From assembly GCA_033764015.1 (NCBI GenBank), contig JANRJK010000031.1:64001-128000 (forward strand): 64,000 nt of DNA, in the 5' to 3' direction. Below the pieces are notes generated by a model. That model saw nothing but the letters and a program-made list of their open reading frames with translations, was not told where the DNA came from and ran no database searches. This document shows positions 18,254-29,372 of this stretch, piece after piece (the first letter of the stretch is position 1; each line of letters begins with the position of its first letter). A program made the translations under genes and the position numbers. Source of the stretch: Candidatus Sumerlaeia bacterium (GTDB lineage: Bacteria; Sumerlaeota; Sumerlaeia; SLMS01; JANRJK01).

Positions 18254-19807
18254 ATGCCCCGCCCGAAGAAGAGCGACGAAATCAAGCCACTCAATATCAA
18301 GCAGTTCATCCGTGCGATCTCGAAGGAGAAGGAACTCGAGCCGGAAATCATCAAGCAGGCGGTCGAGTCGGCGATCCTCAGCGCCGCCTCGCGCCGCGCC
18401 AGCGTCTTCAACGACCCGCGCCCGGACCTCAACATCGACAGCGGCGACATGCGCATCTTCGTGAAGAAGAAGATCGTCGTCGCCGTGAAGGACCCGCGCC
18501 GCGAGATCGACATCCTGTCGGCCAAGGCGAAGGACCCCTCCCACATGCTCAACCAGGAGATCGAGGTCGAGATCGACCCGGAGGAGTTCGGCCGCATCGC
18601 CGCCCAGTCGGTCCGCCAGGGCATCCTGCAGCGGCTCCGCGACGCCGAGCGGCTGCGCGTCTACGACGACTTCAAGGGCAAGATCGGGCAGGTCGTCACC
18701 GGCATCGTGCAGCGCTACGAGCGGCGCGACGCGATCGTGGCGCTCGGCAAGTCCGAGTGCCTCCTGCCGGGCCAGGAGATCCCCATGGGCGTGCGCTACC
18801 GCCCCGGGGACCGCATCCGCTGCCTCATCATCGACGTCCGCAAGTCGCCCAAGGGCCCGCAGGTGATCCTGTCGCGCACGCGCTCCGAGCTGGTCCGCCA
18901 GCTCTTCGCGGTCGAGGTGCCCGAGATCAGCGACGGCACGGTCCGCATCGTCGAAATCGCCCGCGAGCCCGGCATGCGCACCAAGATCGCCGTGAACTCC
19001 ATGACGAGCGACGTCGACCCGGTCGGCGCCTGCGTCGGCATGAAGGGCGCCCGCGTGCAGCTCATCGTCCGCGAGCTCGACAACGAGAAGGTCGACATCG
19101 TCCCCTACTCGATCATGCCGGAGACGTTCATCCGCTCCGCGCTGAACCCGGCGAAGATCGTCGACGTGAAGCTGAACGAGATCGAGCGCCGCGCGCTCGT
19201 CACGGTCGAGCGCGACTCGCTCTCGAAGGCGATCGGCAAGCGCGGCCAGAACGCCAAGCTCGCCGCCAAGCTCACCGGCTGGAAGATCGACGTCCGCGCC
19301 CAGGAGGAGGACGCCACGATCGCCCAGATGAACGAGCTGGCGCTCCGCTACCTCGAGGACTTCCTCTCGAAGATCGACGGCCTCGGCAGCTTCGCCAAGG
19401 AGGCCATCGCGCGCACCTCCGAGTTCAACTCGGTCGAGAAGCTCGCCGCCAAGCAGCCCCGCGACCTCATGAACTTCACCGGCGACAACGAGGTCCTCGC
19501 GAAGGAGATCGTCGACAGCGCCAAGGAGTACCTGGAAGCCTACCAGGAAATGGCCGACGAGGCGGTGCTCGAGCAGGACGGCCTCGGCGACATGCTCCGC
19601 AACGTCCAGGGCCTCGCGGCCCAGCTCCGCGGCGAGAAGTTCATGCCCACCGCCAGCTTCGGACCGGTCGAGGAGCTCTCCGACTCCGACCTCCCCGACA
19701 TGCTCGGCGCCGGCGGCGTGTTCCATGCCGACCCGACGGACCTGCCGGACCTGCCGGACGCCCCGGACGCCGACTTCCACACGCCGGAGAACGACCGGGA
19801 CCTCTAA
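18254..19807 (+). CDS. nusA: Transcription termination/antitermination factor NusA
   Basis: FGRIAAQSVRQ, S1 domain, ILSRT..LFAVEVPEI, AREPGMRTKIAV, DPVGACVGMKGARV, KAIGKRGQNAKLAAKLTGWKID; acidic tail. Confidence 0.97.
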   Translation: MPRPKKSDEIKPLNIKQFIRAISKEKELEPEIIKQAVESAILSAASRRASVFNDPRPDLNIDSGDMRIFVKKKIVVAVKDPRREIDILSAKAKDPSHMLNQEIEVEIDPEEFGRIAAQSVRQGILQRLRDAERLRVYDDFKGKIGQVVTGIVQRYERRDAIVALGKSECLLPGQEIPMGVRYRPGDRIRCLIIDVRKSPKGPQVILSRTRSELVRQLFAVEVPEISDGTVRIVEIAREPGMRTKIAVNSMTSDVDPVGACVGMKGARVQLIVRELDNEKVDIVPYSIMPETFIRSALNPAKIVDVKLNEIERRALVTVERDSLSKAIGKRGQNAKLAAKLTGWKIDVRAQEEDATIAQMNELALRYLEDFLSKIDGLGSFAKEAIARTSEFNSVEKLAAKQPRDLMNFTGDNEVLAKEIVDSAKEYLEAYQEMADEAVLEQDGLGDMLRNVQGLAAQLRGEKFMPTASFGPVEELSDSDLPDMLGAGGVFHADPTDLPDLPDAPDADFHTPENDRDL

Positions 19808-19825
19808 GCCCCCCGCGCCGACGCC

Positions 19826-20395
<570 letters not shown>

Positions 20396-20474
20396 CCGGG
20401 GCCCTTTCCACTTCCCCCTTTCCGGGGCGCCGCGCCCAATTCCTCCGACACCATTCCCGGAGGAGGCGCGCGCG

Positions 20475-21563
20475 ATGTTCGTCACCTACGTCGCCATCGC
20501 CAAGAACGAGGAGCTGGTCCTCGAACGGCACCTGCGCAGCATCTCGGGCGCGAACAAGTTCTGGGACCACCTCCTGATCGCGGACACCGGCTCGACGGAC
20601 CGCACCCGCGCCATCGCCGAGTCCTTCGGCGCGCGCGTCGTCGACGTGCCCTGGACCGATTCGTTCTGCGAGGCGCGGAACGCCGCCGCGTCGCACGCGC
20701 CGCCGGAGACGGACCTGATCGTCACCTTCGATTGCGACGAGGAGCTGATCGAGAACGGGCACCTGCTGCGCCCGCGCCTCGAGGAGCACTTCGCCCTCGG
20801 CCACTTCATCATGTCGGTCAAGTTCATCTGGTGGCGGCGCTCGGACGGCACGCCGGAAACGGTCTTCGCCCGCCCCTCGGTCTACTCGCCGAAGCACTTC
20901 CGCTACGAGAACCACTTCCACAACCTGCTGGTCGGCGGGCCGGTGCCCAACCCGCGCGTGTACTTCGAGGACATCCTCCTCGAGCACAAGCCGCTCAAGC
21001 CGCGCGGCTCCGGCAAGTCGGAGCTTTCGCTCCGGCTGATGAAGCGCCAGATGGCGGACTATCCGGACTCGACCCGGACGCTGTTCTACTGCGGGCGCGA
21101 GTTCGCCTACCGCCGGGAGTGGGAGGAGGCGGCCCGGCTGCTCGAGCGCCTGCTCGAGCGCGGGCCCGCTCCGGAGCACCTGATGCACGGCGCCTTCCAC
21201 CTCGGCGAGGCGCTCACCGCGCTGGGCAGGCACGACGACGCGCGCCGCGCCTACCTGCGCGTCGTCGAGGAGATGCCGAACCGCCGCGAGGGCTGGTTCT
21301 GGATGCTTATCTGGTGCTACGAGGCGCAGCGCTGGCGCGAGGCGGCCTGCTGGGGCGAAGCCGCCCTCGCGGTGCCCTACCACGAGTCCATGGCCGCGAT
21401 CATGACCGATGGCCGCGCCTTCGGCCCGATGCCGCACGACCTGCTGTCGGTGGTGTACTTCAACCTCGGGGAGAAGGCGAAGGGCCGCGCCCACCTCGAG
21501 GAGGCGATCCGCCTGGCGCCCGGCGACCAGCGGCTCCTCGACAACCGCAAGTGGTTCGAGTAA
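20475..21563 (+). CDS. GT2 glycosyltransferase with C-terminal TPRs
   Basis: IAKNEE, ADTGSTDRT, WTDSFCEARNAA, FDCDE (DxD), then TPR helices; GGAGG SD. Confidence 0.88.
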   Translation: MFVTYVAIAKNEELVLERHLRSISGANKFWDHLLIADTGSTDRTRAIAESFGARVVDVPWTDSFCEARNAAASHAPPETDLIVTFDCDEELIENGHLLRPRLEEHFALGHFIMSVKFIWWRRSDGTPETVFARPSVYSPKHFRYENHFHNLLVGGPVPNPRVYFEDILLEHKPLKPRGSGKSELSLRLMKRQMADYPDSTRTLFYCGREFAYRREWEEAARLLERLLERGPAPEHLMHGAFHLGEALTALGRHDDARRAYLRVVEEMPNRREGWFWMLIWCYEAQRWREAACWGEAALAVPYHESMAAIMTDGRAFGPMPHDLLSVVYFNLGEKAKGRAHLEEAIRLAPGDQRLLDNRKWFE

Positions 21564-21624
21564 GCGGGCCCAGGGCGGGGCCGGAACCGGCCAGCCTCGC
21601 GGCGGAGTCGGAAACGACTCCCGG

Positions 21625-23136
21625 CTAGCCCAGCAGCAAGAGCGTCGAGAGCGGCAAGGCGACCACGTTCTGTGGAAGGTCCGGCGGCTCGTCGTCCGTC
21701 AACGTCACCAGGATGCCGAAGGGGGCATTGTACGCCGGCCGCCCCAGGAACGAGTGGAGCCCGCGCAAGTCCCGCCCGTCGATCCGCCGCCGGTACTTCA
21801 CCTCCATCGGGATGCGCCGCGTTCCGATCGTCAGCACGAAGTCGACCTCCGGTTCGCCGTCGCGCTCCGGGAAGTGCGCCAGATCGAGGCCGCCCACTAG
21901 GGACAGCGAAGCCCCGGCAACGCTTTCCGCCAGCCGTCCCGCGAGGTCCGAAAGGTTTGGCGCCTCTCCGAGCGGCCCGGGTGCGAGCGGGATCACCTCC
22001 TGGAGCCACGCCGCCCGCACCCCGTGGTCCGAGAGGCAAATCTTCGAGAGGTTGCGCTGCTTCTTCAGCCGGATCTCGAGCGGTTCAACGAGGCGGAGCA
22101 GCAGGCTGCCGTGCAGGAAATCGAGGTAGTGGCGTATCCGCTCGGTGCCGACGTCCGCATCGAGGGTCGCACGCGCTTCCGCCGCGATCACCTCGTGCCG
22201 CGGCGCCTGCCCCGCGTAGCGGCACGCCAATCGGAAGACCTCCTTCAGGAGCCCCTCGTCCCGCCGGCGGCCCCGTTCGCCCATGCGCAGGTCGTGCTGG
22301 ATCACGCGGTTGACCACGTTCTCGACCAACTGGTCGGCAACCAGCCCCCACTCGATGCCCGGGTTCTCGTGCGCCACCGGGTAGGCTCCGCGCGCGCTGA
22401 ACGCCTCGAACGCCGCGTCCCGCGCCTCCCGGTGTTCCATTCCATGCGCGCGCAAGAAGCGCCAGAAGTCCTCGCGAACCAACTTGTCCAAGCCATTTCC
22501 GTCAAGGAGCGGGGCCGGAAATCCAGTCCCCCGGAACATGGCGATTTCCGAGAGGGCCAGCGGGCTTGTTTCGATTGTGTTGATCCGGCCCGAGAGGCTG
22601 TCGCGACCCGCCTCGATCCGTAGCGCGGAACTACCGGTCACCACGACACGAGCCGTCGCATGGTCCACAAGGCTCTTCAACTGGTCCGCCCAGCGGGATA
22701 GGTTCTGGACCTCGTCGAAGAATAGGAACGCCTCGCGGCCGCCGTGCGCCGCCTCGTTCAAGGACTCCCCGAGTATGTTGCGTTCATACCACTCGACAAT
22801 CCGCAGAATCGGCTCGTCGAGCTTCGACAGGGATGGCAGATCGTCGAACTGGACCAGCAGGATCCTTCTCGGGTCCACCCCCTCGCGGAGCAGGTCGCCG
22901 ATGAGTTGGAGGTAGGCGGTGGTCTTGCCAACCTGCCGGGGGCCGCGGACGACCACCACTTGCGCGAGACGCTGCTCGATCCGCCGTCGAATCCGCGAAA
23001 CCAAATGGCGCCGGGTGGCCGGAAGCACTTTGCCCGGTCGGCCCTCCCACCACGGATTGAACCGCGACAAGTCCGCGACGACTCGTTCTCCGAGCGTCGC
23101 GGGCGGGAATCGACTCTGTCGAGGGTGGTCGGTCAC
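21625..23136 (-). CDS. AAA ATPase with C-terminal DUF4143-like PD-(D/E)XK domain
   Basis: FNPWW, Walker A GPRQVGKT, Walker B FFDEVQ, VTGSS, EVDFV..PMEVK; AGGAG SD before GTG 23136. Confidence 0.87.
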   Translation of the reverse strand: MTDHPRQSRFPPATLGERVVADLSRFNPWWEGRPGKVLPATRRHLVSRIRRRIEQRLAQVVVVRGPRQVGKTTAYLQLIGDLLREGVDPRRILLVQFDDLPSLSKLDEPILRIVEWYERNILGESLNEAAHGGREAFLFFDEVQNLSRWADQLKSLVDHATARVVVTGSSALRIEAGRDSLSGRINTIETSPLALSEIAMFRGTGFPAPLLDGNGLDKLVREDFWRFLRAHGMEHREARDAAFEAFSARGAYPVAHENPGIEWGLVADQLVENVVNRVIQHDLRMGERGRRRDEGLLKEVFRLACRYAGQAPRHEVIAAEARATLDADVGTERIRHYLDFLHGSLLLRLVEPLEIRLKKQRNLSKICLSDHGVRAAWLQEVIPLAPGPLGEAPNLSDLAGRLAESVAGASLSLVGGLDLAHFPERDGEPEVDFVLTIGTRRIPMEVKYRRRIDGRDLRGLHSFLGRPAYNAPFGILVTLTDDEPPDLPQNVVALPLSTLLLLG

Positions 23137-23274
23137 GGGGGGGACTCCTGACGCGGAACGAAGCCACCGCAGCCCTTGCCGTGGCAACCCGAGCCGCCGC
23201 GACGCCCCCCTGAATCGCGTCCGGGACAGCTCGATCCGCAGCCGTCGGACCGCGTCCGCATCCGCCCCCTCCCC

Positions 23275-25230
23275 TTAAGGCAGCGCGCCCGCCCGCTCCA
23301 GCAGCGCCCGCAGTTCCGCGTTGTCCGGCTGCAGCGCGTAGGCCTCGCGCGCGAAGCGCACCACCTCCGCGTTCTTGCCGAGCCGCGAGGAGGTGTTCAC
23401 AAGTTGCAGCAGCAGCGCCGGCCTCTTCGGAGCCAGCGCGTAGGCGCGGAGAAGGTGGCGCTCCGCCATGCGCCAATTCCCCAGCTCCACGCCGTAGTAG
23501 TCGTAGCCCACGCGCTGGTGGAAGGCGGCCAGCTCCGGATCGCCGGGGCGCGTGCGGCCGAGGAACTCGAGGTACTCGTCGATGTAGGCGACGTGCCGGA
23601 GGCGGATGAGGCGCTCGAACTCGGCGAGGAGCGGCGCCAGCTCGCGCGTCTCCTGGTACTCCAGCGCGCGCAGCCCCGCCTTCGCCTTCACCGCTTCGCC
23701 GTAGCGCGGGTAGATGGACAGCGAGCGGTCGACGAACCGCTCCGCCTCCGCGCGGACGGCGGCGCGCTCCTCCGCCGGCGCGCGGCCCTCGACGACGGAG
23801 CGGTACAGGTCGTAGCCGCGGAAGTGCATGGCGCGCGCGCTGTTCACCGAGACGGTGCTGGCGGCCTTGTTCAGCGCCTCGTTGTTCTCCCAAGCGGGTA
23901 CCCGCGTCCAAGTACGCACGGCGAAGAGCACCAGCACGGCCACAAGCGCGGCGTCGCGCGCGCGGGCCCACCGCGCCGGCGCCGCAGCCGCACCCGCCGC
24001 CGCCAGGAGGCACCAGTGCACCGACGGGATGAACAGGAACCGCTCGTTGATGAAGGTGCCGATGCCAAACACGATGTTCGAGTAGATGCTGAGCGTCGCG
24101 AAGTAGGACCACACGGCGAAGCCGGGGAGCTCGCGCCGCAGCAACCCGCGCAGCCCCCACGCCGCCAGCGCCAGGTGCGCCGCCAGCGGCAGCAGGAACC
24201 GCCACGAGTCCGGATCCACGATGGGGATCTGGTACGGGTAGTAGTCGTGCGTGAGCGGATGCGGCACGAAGAGCAGCTTGAGGTACATGCCGAGGCTGTA
24301 CGCGATGGTGGCCCACTTCTGCGGCGCGCTCATCTCGACGAACGGATCGTTCATCAAGTCCGTGGAGGCCTCGCCGCCGATGCCGCCCACGACGGAGTGC
24401 CGCCATGCGAACCAGGCCGCCGCGGCGAGCAGCAGCGGCGCCGTGCGCCACGCCAGCGCGCGCGGCCCCGCGCCCCGGAAGGTCCACAGCGCGAGCGGGA
24501 CGACGGCCAGGTGCGTGATGGCGGACTCCTTGCCCAGCAGGGCGAGGAAGTAGAGCGGCGCGGCCGCCGCCAGCCACTTGCCGCCGCCGCCGCTCCGCAG
24601 CACGCACCACAGCGCCGCCAGCGAGAAGCCGAGCGAGAGGATCTCGTCCCGGCTCTTGATGTTCGCCACCACCTCGACGTGCAGCGGATGCACCGCGTAG
24701 AGCGCCGCGGCGATGAACGAAACCCGTCGCCACCACGGGCCCGCGCCGTCCGCCGCGCCGAGCAGCGACGCCAGCACCCGCAGCAGCAGCGCGCAGAGAC
24801 CGGCGTACAACGCCACGTTGACGATGTGCGACGGGCCTGGCTTCATCTCGCCGAACACGCTGGTCTCGATGGCGAAGGTCACGAGCGACAGCGGGCGGTA
24901 GCGACCCCCCGCCAGCACGCCCTCGAGCGTCCCGCCCAGCATTCCCGCGAAGATGTCGGAGGTCAGGATGTCGGGGATCGCGGCGGCGCCGGCGCGCACC
25001 TGCTTGTTCTCGGTGATGACGATCGCGTCGTCCAGCGCGTAGCCGAAGGTCGCGGTGCGCCCGTAGAGCGCGGCGCACAGGAGCACCAGGACCAGCGACG
25101 CGCGCAGGAATTCCGCCGCGGTCCACAGCGTGCGCGCCGTCTCGGCGGGCGGCGGCGGCGGGGGCGCGGGCGCCTCCGGGGGTGGCGGCGCGGGGGGGGT
25201 CCGGGCGGGATGCTTCCTGCGGGGGGACAC
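23275..25230 (-). CDS. TMTC-like GT-C (protein O-mannosyltransferase-like) membrane protein with TPRs; start approximate
   Basis: YALDD, YRPL, HPLHVEVVANIKSRDEIL, LGKESA, LTHDY, NERFLFIPS, W-x-NNEAL, then TPRs; many TM helices. Confidence 0.85.
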   Translation of the reverse strand: MSPRRKHPARTPPAPPPPEAPAPPPPPPAETARTLWTAAEFLRASLVLVLLCAALYGRTATFGYALDDAIVITENKQVRAGAAAIPDILTSDIFAGMLGGTLEGVLAGGRYRPLSLVTFAIETSVFGEMKPGPSHIVNVALYAGLCALLLRVLASLLGAADGAGPWWRRVSFIAAALYAVHPLHVEVVANIKSRDEILSLGFSLAALWCVLRSGGGGKWLAAAAPLYFLALLGKESAITHLAVVPLALWTFRGAGPRALAWRTAPLLLAAAAWFAWRHSVVGGIGGEASTDLMNDPFVEMSAPQKWATIAYSLGMYLKLLFVPHPLTHDYYPYQIPIVDPDSWRFLLPLAAHLALAAWGLRGLLRRELPGFAVWSYFATLSIYSNIVFGIGTFINERFLFIPSVHWCLLAAAGAAAAPARWARARDAALVAVLVLFAVRTWTRVPAWENNEALNKAASTVSVNSARAMHFRGYDLYRSVVEGRAPAEERAAVRAEAERFVDRSLSIYPRYGEAVKAKAGLRALEYQETRELAPLLAEFERLIRLRHVAYIDEYLEFLGRTRPGDPELAAFHQRVGYDYYGVELGNWRMAERHLLRAYALAPKRPALLLQLVNTSSRLGKNAEVVRFAREAYALQPDNAELRALLERAGALP

Positions 25231-25428
25231 GATTCGGGGGCTGCTTGCCTGTTGGGGTTTCGACGGAGACCTCCGGTTGCCGTTGACCGGTGCGGCACCG
25301 CCGTTCGGGTATAGGCAACGTGTCCCGGAAAGCGCGGGCAACGGCTGGCTGCGGCATGTCCCGCGGCGGCCCGAGCGCGCGCATCCCGGGTAAGGCACCC
25401 TTCCCCTCCGCATCAGGGCCCGTCGCCA

Positions 25429-26883
25429 ATGGCAGATACCAACTCCTACGCCGTCCTGGGGCTCCAAAAGGGAGCCGCGGAAGACGAGATCAAGCGCGCC
25501 TACATCGAGTTGGTGAAGAAGTACGATCCGGAGCGCCACACCGAGCGCTTCATGGTGATCCAGGCGGCGTACAACCGCCTTCGCGACGTCGAGGCCCGCG
25601 CCCGCGAGGATGTCGCCACGCTCAACGTCGTCCGCGCCGACTTCATGTTCTCCGCCGACGAGGACAAGTGGAACGGCGAGCCCCCCTCCGAGGAGGAGAC
25701 GGACGCGCTCCGCCATCCCTACCAGGAAAACCCCTCGGACGCCGCGGCCAAGGAGGCGCTCGCGAAGCACCTCCTGCTCGCCGGGCGCTCGCACATGCTG
25801 CGCAAGCAGTGGCCCGAGGCGATCAAGTACTGGAAGGAAGTCGTCGAGATCGACCCGACGCACATCCGCGCCCGCCACAACCTCTGCAACGGCTACATCT
25901 CCCTCGGCACCAGCTACGCCCTCCACATGCTGGACGAGGAGGCGATCGAGCTTTGGGAGGAGGCGGTGAAGCTCAACCCGGACCAGGTCGCGATCCTCCA
26001 CAACCTCGCGATCGTCTACGGGCGCCTCGGCAACTCGCCCAAGAGCGGCTTCTACTGGGCCGAAACGGTGAAGCGCTGGACCCGCAAGATGAATTCCGGC
26101 GGCACCGACTCGGACTACTTCCGCCACTGCATCATCGAAGTGCACCGCATGCACGGCGAGAAGATGGACTCCGCGCCGCAGGCGGCCTCCACCCGCTCCC
26201 CGTCGCCCGCCACCTCCAGCTCGACCTCCCGGGTCGACGTGCCGCGGCAGGTCTCCACCGTGCCGGCGCCCTCCAGCACCGCCGTCCCGCGCCAACGCGT
26301 GCCCGCCCCCTCCGGCGCCTCCGCGTCCCCCGTCGAGCCGACCGCCGGCGAAACGCGGCAGCTCACCATCAACCGCCTCCGCAAGATCCTCGAGCTCAAC
26401 TCCAAGGACGCCGACGCGCACTTCCAGCTCGTCCACGTCCTCATGGAGGAGGGGCAGTGGAACGACGCGGTGCGCGAACTGGACGCGCTCGCGCGCGAGC
26501 ACCCGAAGAACACCGAGGTGCTCAACCTGCGCGGGTGGTGCCTGCTCAACTCCGGGCAGGTGGACCCCGCGTTCTCGACCTGGCAGCGGGCGATGCTGCT
26601 GGATCCGAAGGATTCGAAGGTGCGGGAGTCGATGGTCCGCGCGCGGCTCATGGTCGGCAAGCAGCTCCGCGACAAGGGCCTCTTCACGCACGCGCTGGTG
26701 CACTTCAAGAGCCTGCTCCGCCTGCTGCCTCAGAGCGCCGAGGTCCACCTCGAGATCGCCGCCACCTACGACATGAAGGGCGACGTGCGCTCCGCGACGA
26801 ACGAATACCAGCAGGTCATGGCGCTCGATCCTAAGAACGCGATCGCGAAGAAGGCGCTGGTGGACCTGAAGATGAAGCGATGA
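25429..26883 (+). CDS. J-domain-like + TPR protein with non-canonical HPD (YDPE)
   Basis: YAVLGLQKGAAEDEIKRAYIELVKKYDPE..FMVIQAAYNRL; two TPR blocks separated by an S/T/P-rich linker. Confidence 0.88.
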   Translation: MADTNSYAVLGLQKGAAEDEIKRAYIELVKKYDPERHTERFMVIQAAYNRLRDVEARAREDVATLNVVRADFMFSADEDKWNGEPPSEEETDALRHPYQENPSDAAAKEALAKHLLLAGRSHMLRKQWPEAIKYWKEVVEIDPTHIRARHNLCNGYISLGTSYALHMLDEEAIELWEEAVKLNPDQVAILHNLAIVYGRLGNSPKSGFYWAETVKRWTRKMNSGGTDSDYFRHCIIEVHRMHGEKMDSAPQAASTRSPSPATSSSTSRVDVPRQVSTVPAPSSTAVPRQRVPAPSGASASPVEPTAGETRQLTINRLRKILELNSKDADAHFQLVHVLMEEGQWNDAVRELDALAREHPKNTEVLNLRGWCLLNSGQVDPAFSTWQRAMLLDPKDSKVRESMVRARLMVGKQLRDKGLFTHALVHFKSLLRLLPQSAEVHLEIAATYDMKGDVRSATNEYQQVMALDPKNAIAKKALVDLKMKR

Positions 26884-27413
26884 TCCGCGGGCTCCGGCGC
26901 TGGCTGTGGTGGGAGAGCTTCCCGGAGTCGCGGCTGCGCTTCGCCGAGGCCGCGGAGGCGCCCGACGGCGCGAGCTACGAGGGCCTCGCCGGCGCGCTGG
27001 TCGGGGAACTGGCCCGGGCGGAGGCGATGCTGAAGCGCCGCCAGGCCGCCGAAGGCGCCGCCCCCGCCTCGGAACGCGAAACGCTCGCGCTGATGCGCGG
27101 CATGCTTCCGACGCTCGATTCGCTCGACCGGATCATCGACTACATCGGACAGGCGGTGGCGCAGAATCCGGAACTCGAGAACTGGCTGACGTCGCTGACG
27201 GCGATGCGCACCAAATTCCTGCGGACGCTGGAGCAGGCGGGATTGACTCCGGTGAACTCCCTAGGGTCTAAGTTGGACCTCGATATGCACGAAGTTGTCC
27301 GTACCGTGCGCCGCGCCGGGACACCCCCCGACACGGTTGTCGAGGAGACGCAGAAGGCCTATCTCTACAAGGGCAAGCTACTGAGGGACGCGCGCGTCGT
27401 CGTGTCCCAGTGA
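26880..27413 (+). CDS. grpE: GrpE-family nucleotide exchange factor (divergent)
   Basis: MLPTLDSLDR, GSKLDLDMHEVV, VVEETQKAYLYKGKLLRDARVVVS; ATGA overlap. Confidence 0.88.
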   Translation: MIRGLRRWLWWESFPESRLRFAEAAEAPDGASYEGLAGALVGELARAEAMLKRRQAAEGAAPASERETLALMRGMLPTLDSLDRIIDYIGQAVAQNPELENWLTSLTAMRTKFLRTLEQAGLTPVNSLGSKLDLDMHEVVRTVRRAGTPPDTVVEETQKAYLYKGKLLRDARVVVSQ

Positions 27414-27438
27414 ATTCTATCCGGCAGGGGACTCCGCC

Positions 27439-29193
<1,755 letters not shown>

Positions 29194-29236
29194 CGCGGCG
29201 CCCCGCCTAACCGCGGCGACAGGACGCATCAGCAAG

Positions 29237-29273
29237 AAGGGACCGGGCCGAGCGCCCGGTCCCTTTCTTTTTT
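29237..29273 (+). terminator. Intrinsic terminator of the chaperone operon
   Basis: AAGGGACCGGGC-CGAGC-GCCCGGTCCCTT then TCTTTTTT. Confidence 0.88.
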
Positions 29274-29292
29274 CCGTGCCGGCGCGGCCGCC

Positions 29293-29330
29293 AAAAGGAA
29301 CGGCGGGGGATGGTCGCCCATCCCCCGCCG
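29293..29330 (-). terminator. Intrinsic terminator of the convergent HYR-like gene
   Basis: 13-bp perfect stem CGGCGGGGGATGG/CCATCCCCCGCCG with minus-strand tail TTCCTTTT. Confidence 0.75.
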
Positions 29331-29372
29331 GATTGACTGCGCGCGAAGCCGGGCGCGGGGCCCGGCGCGCCG

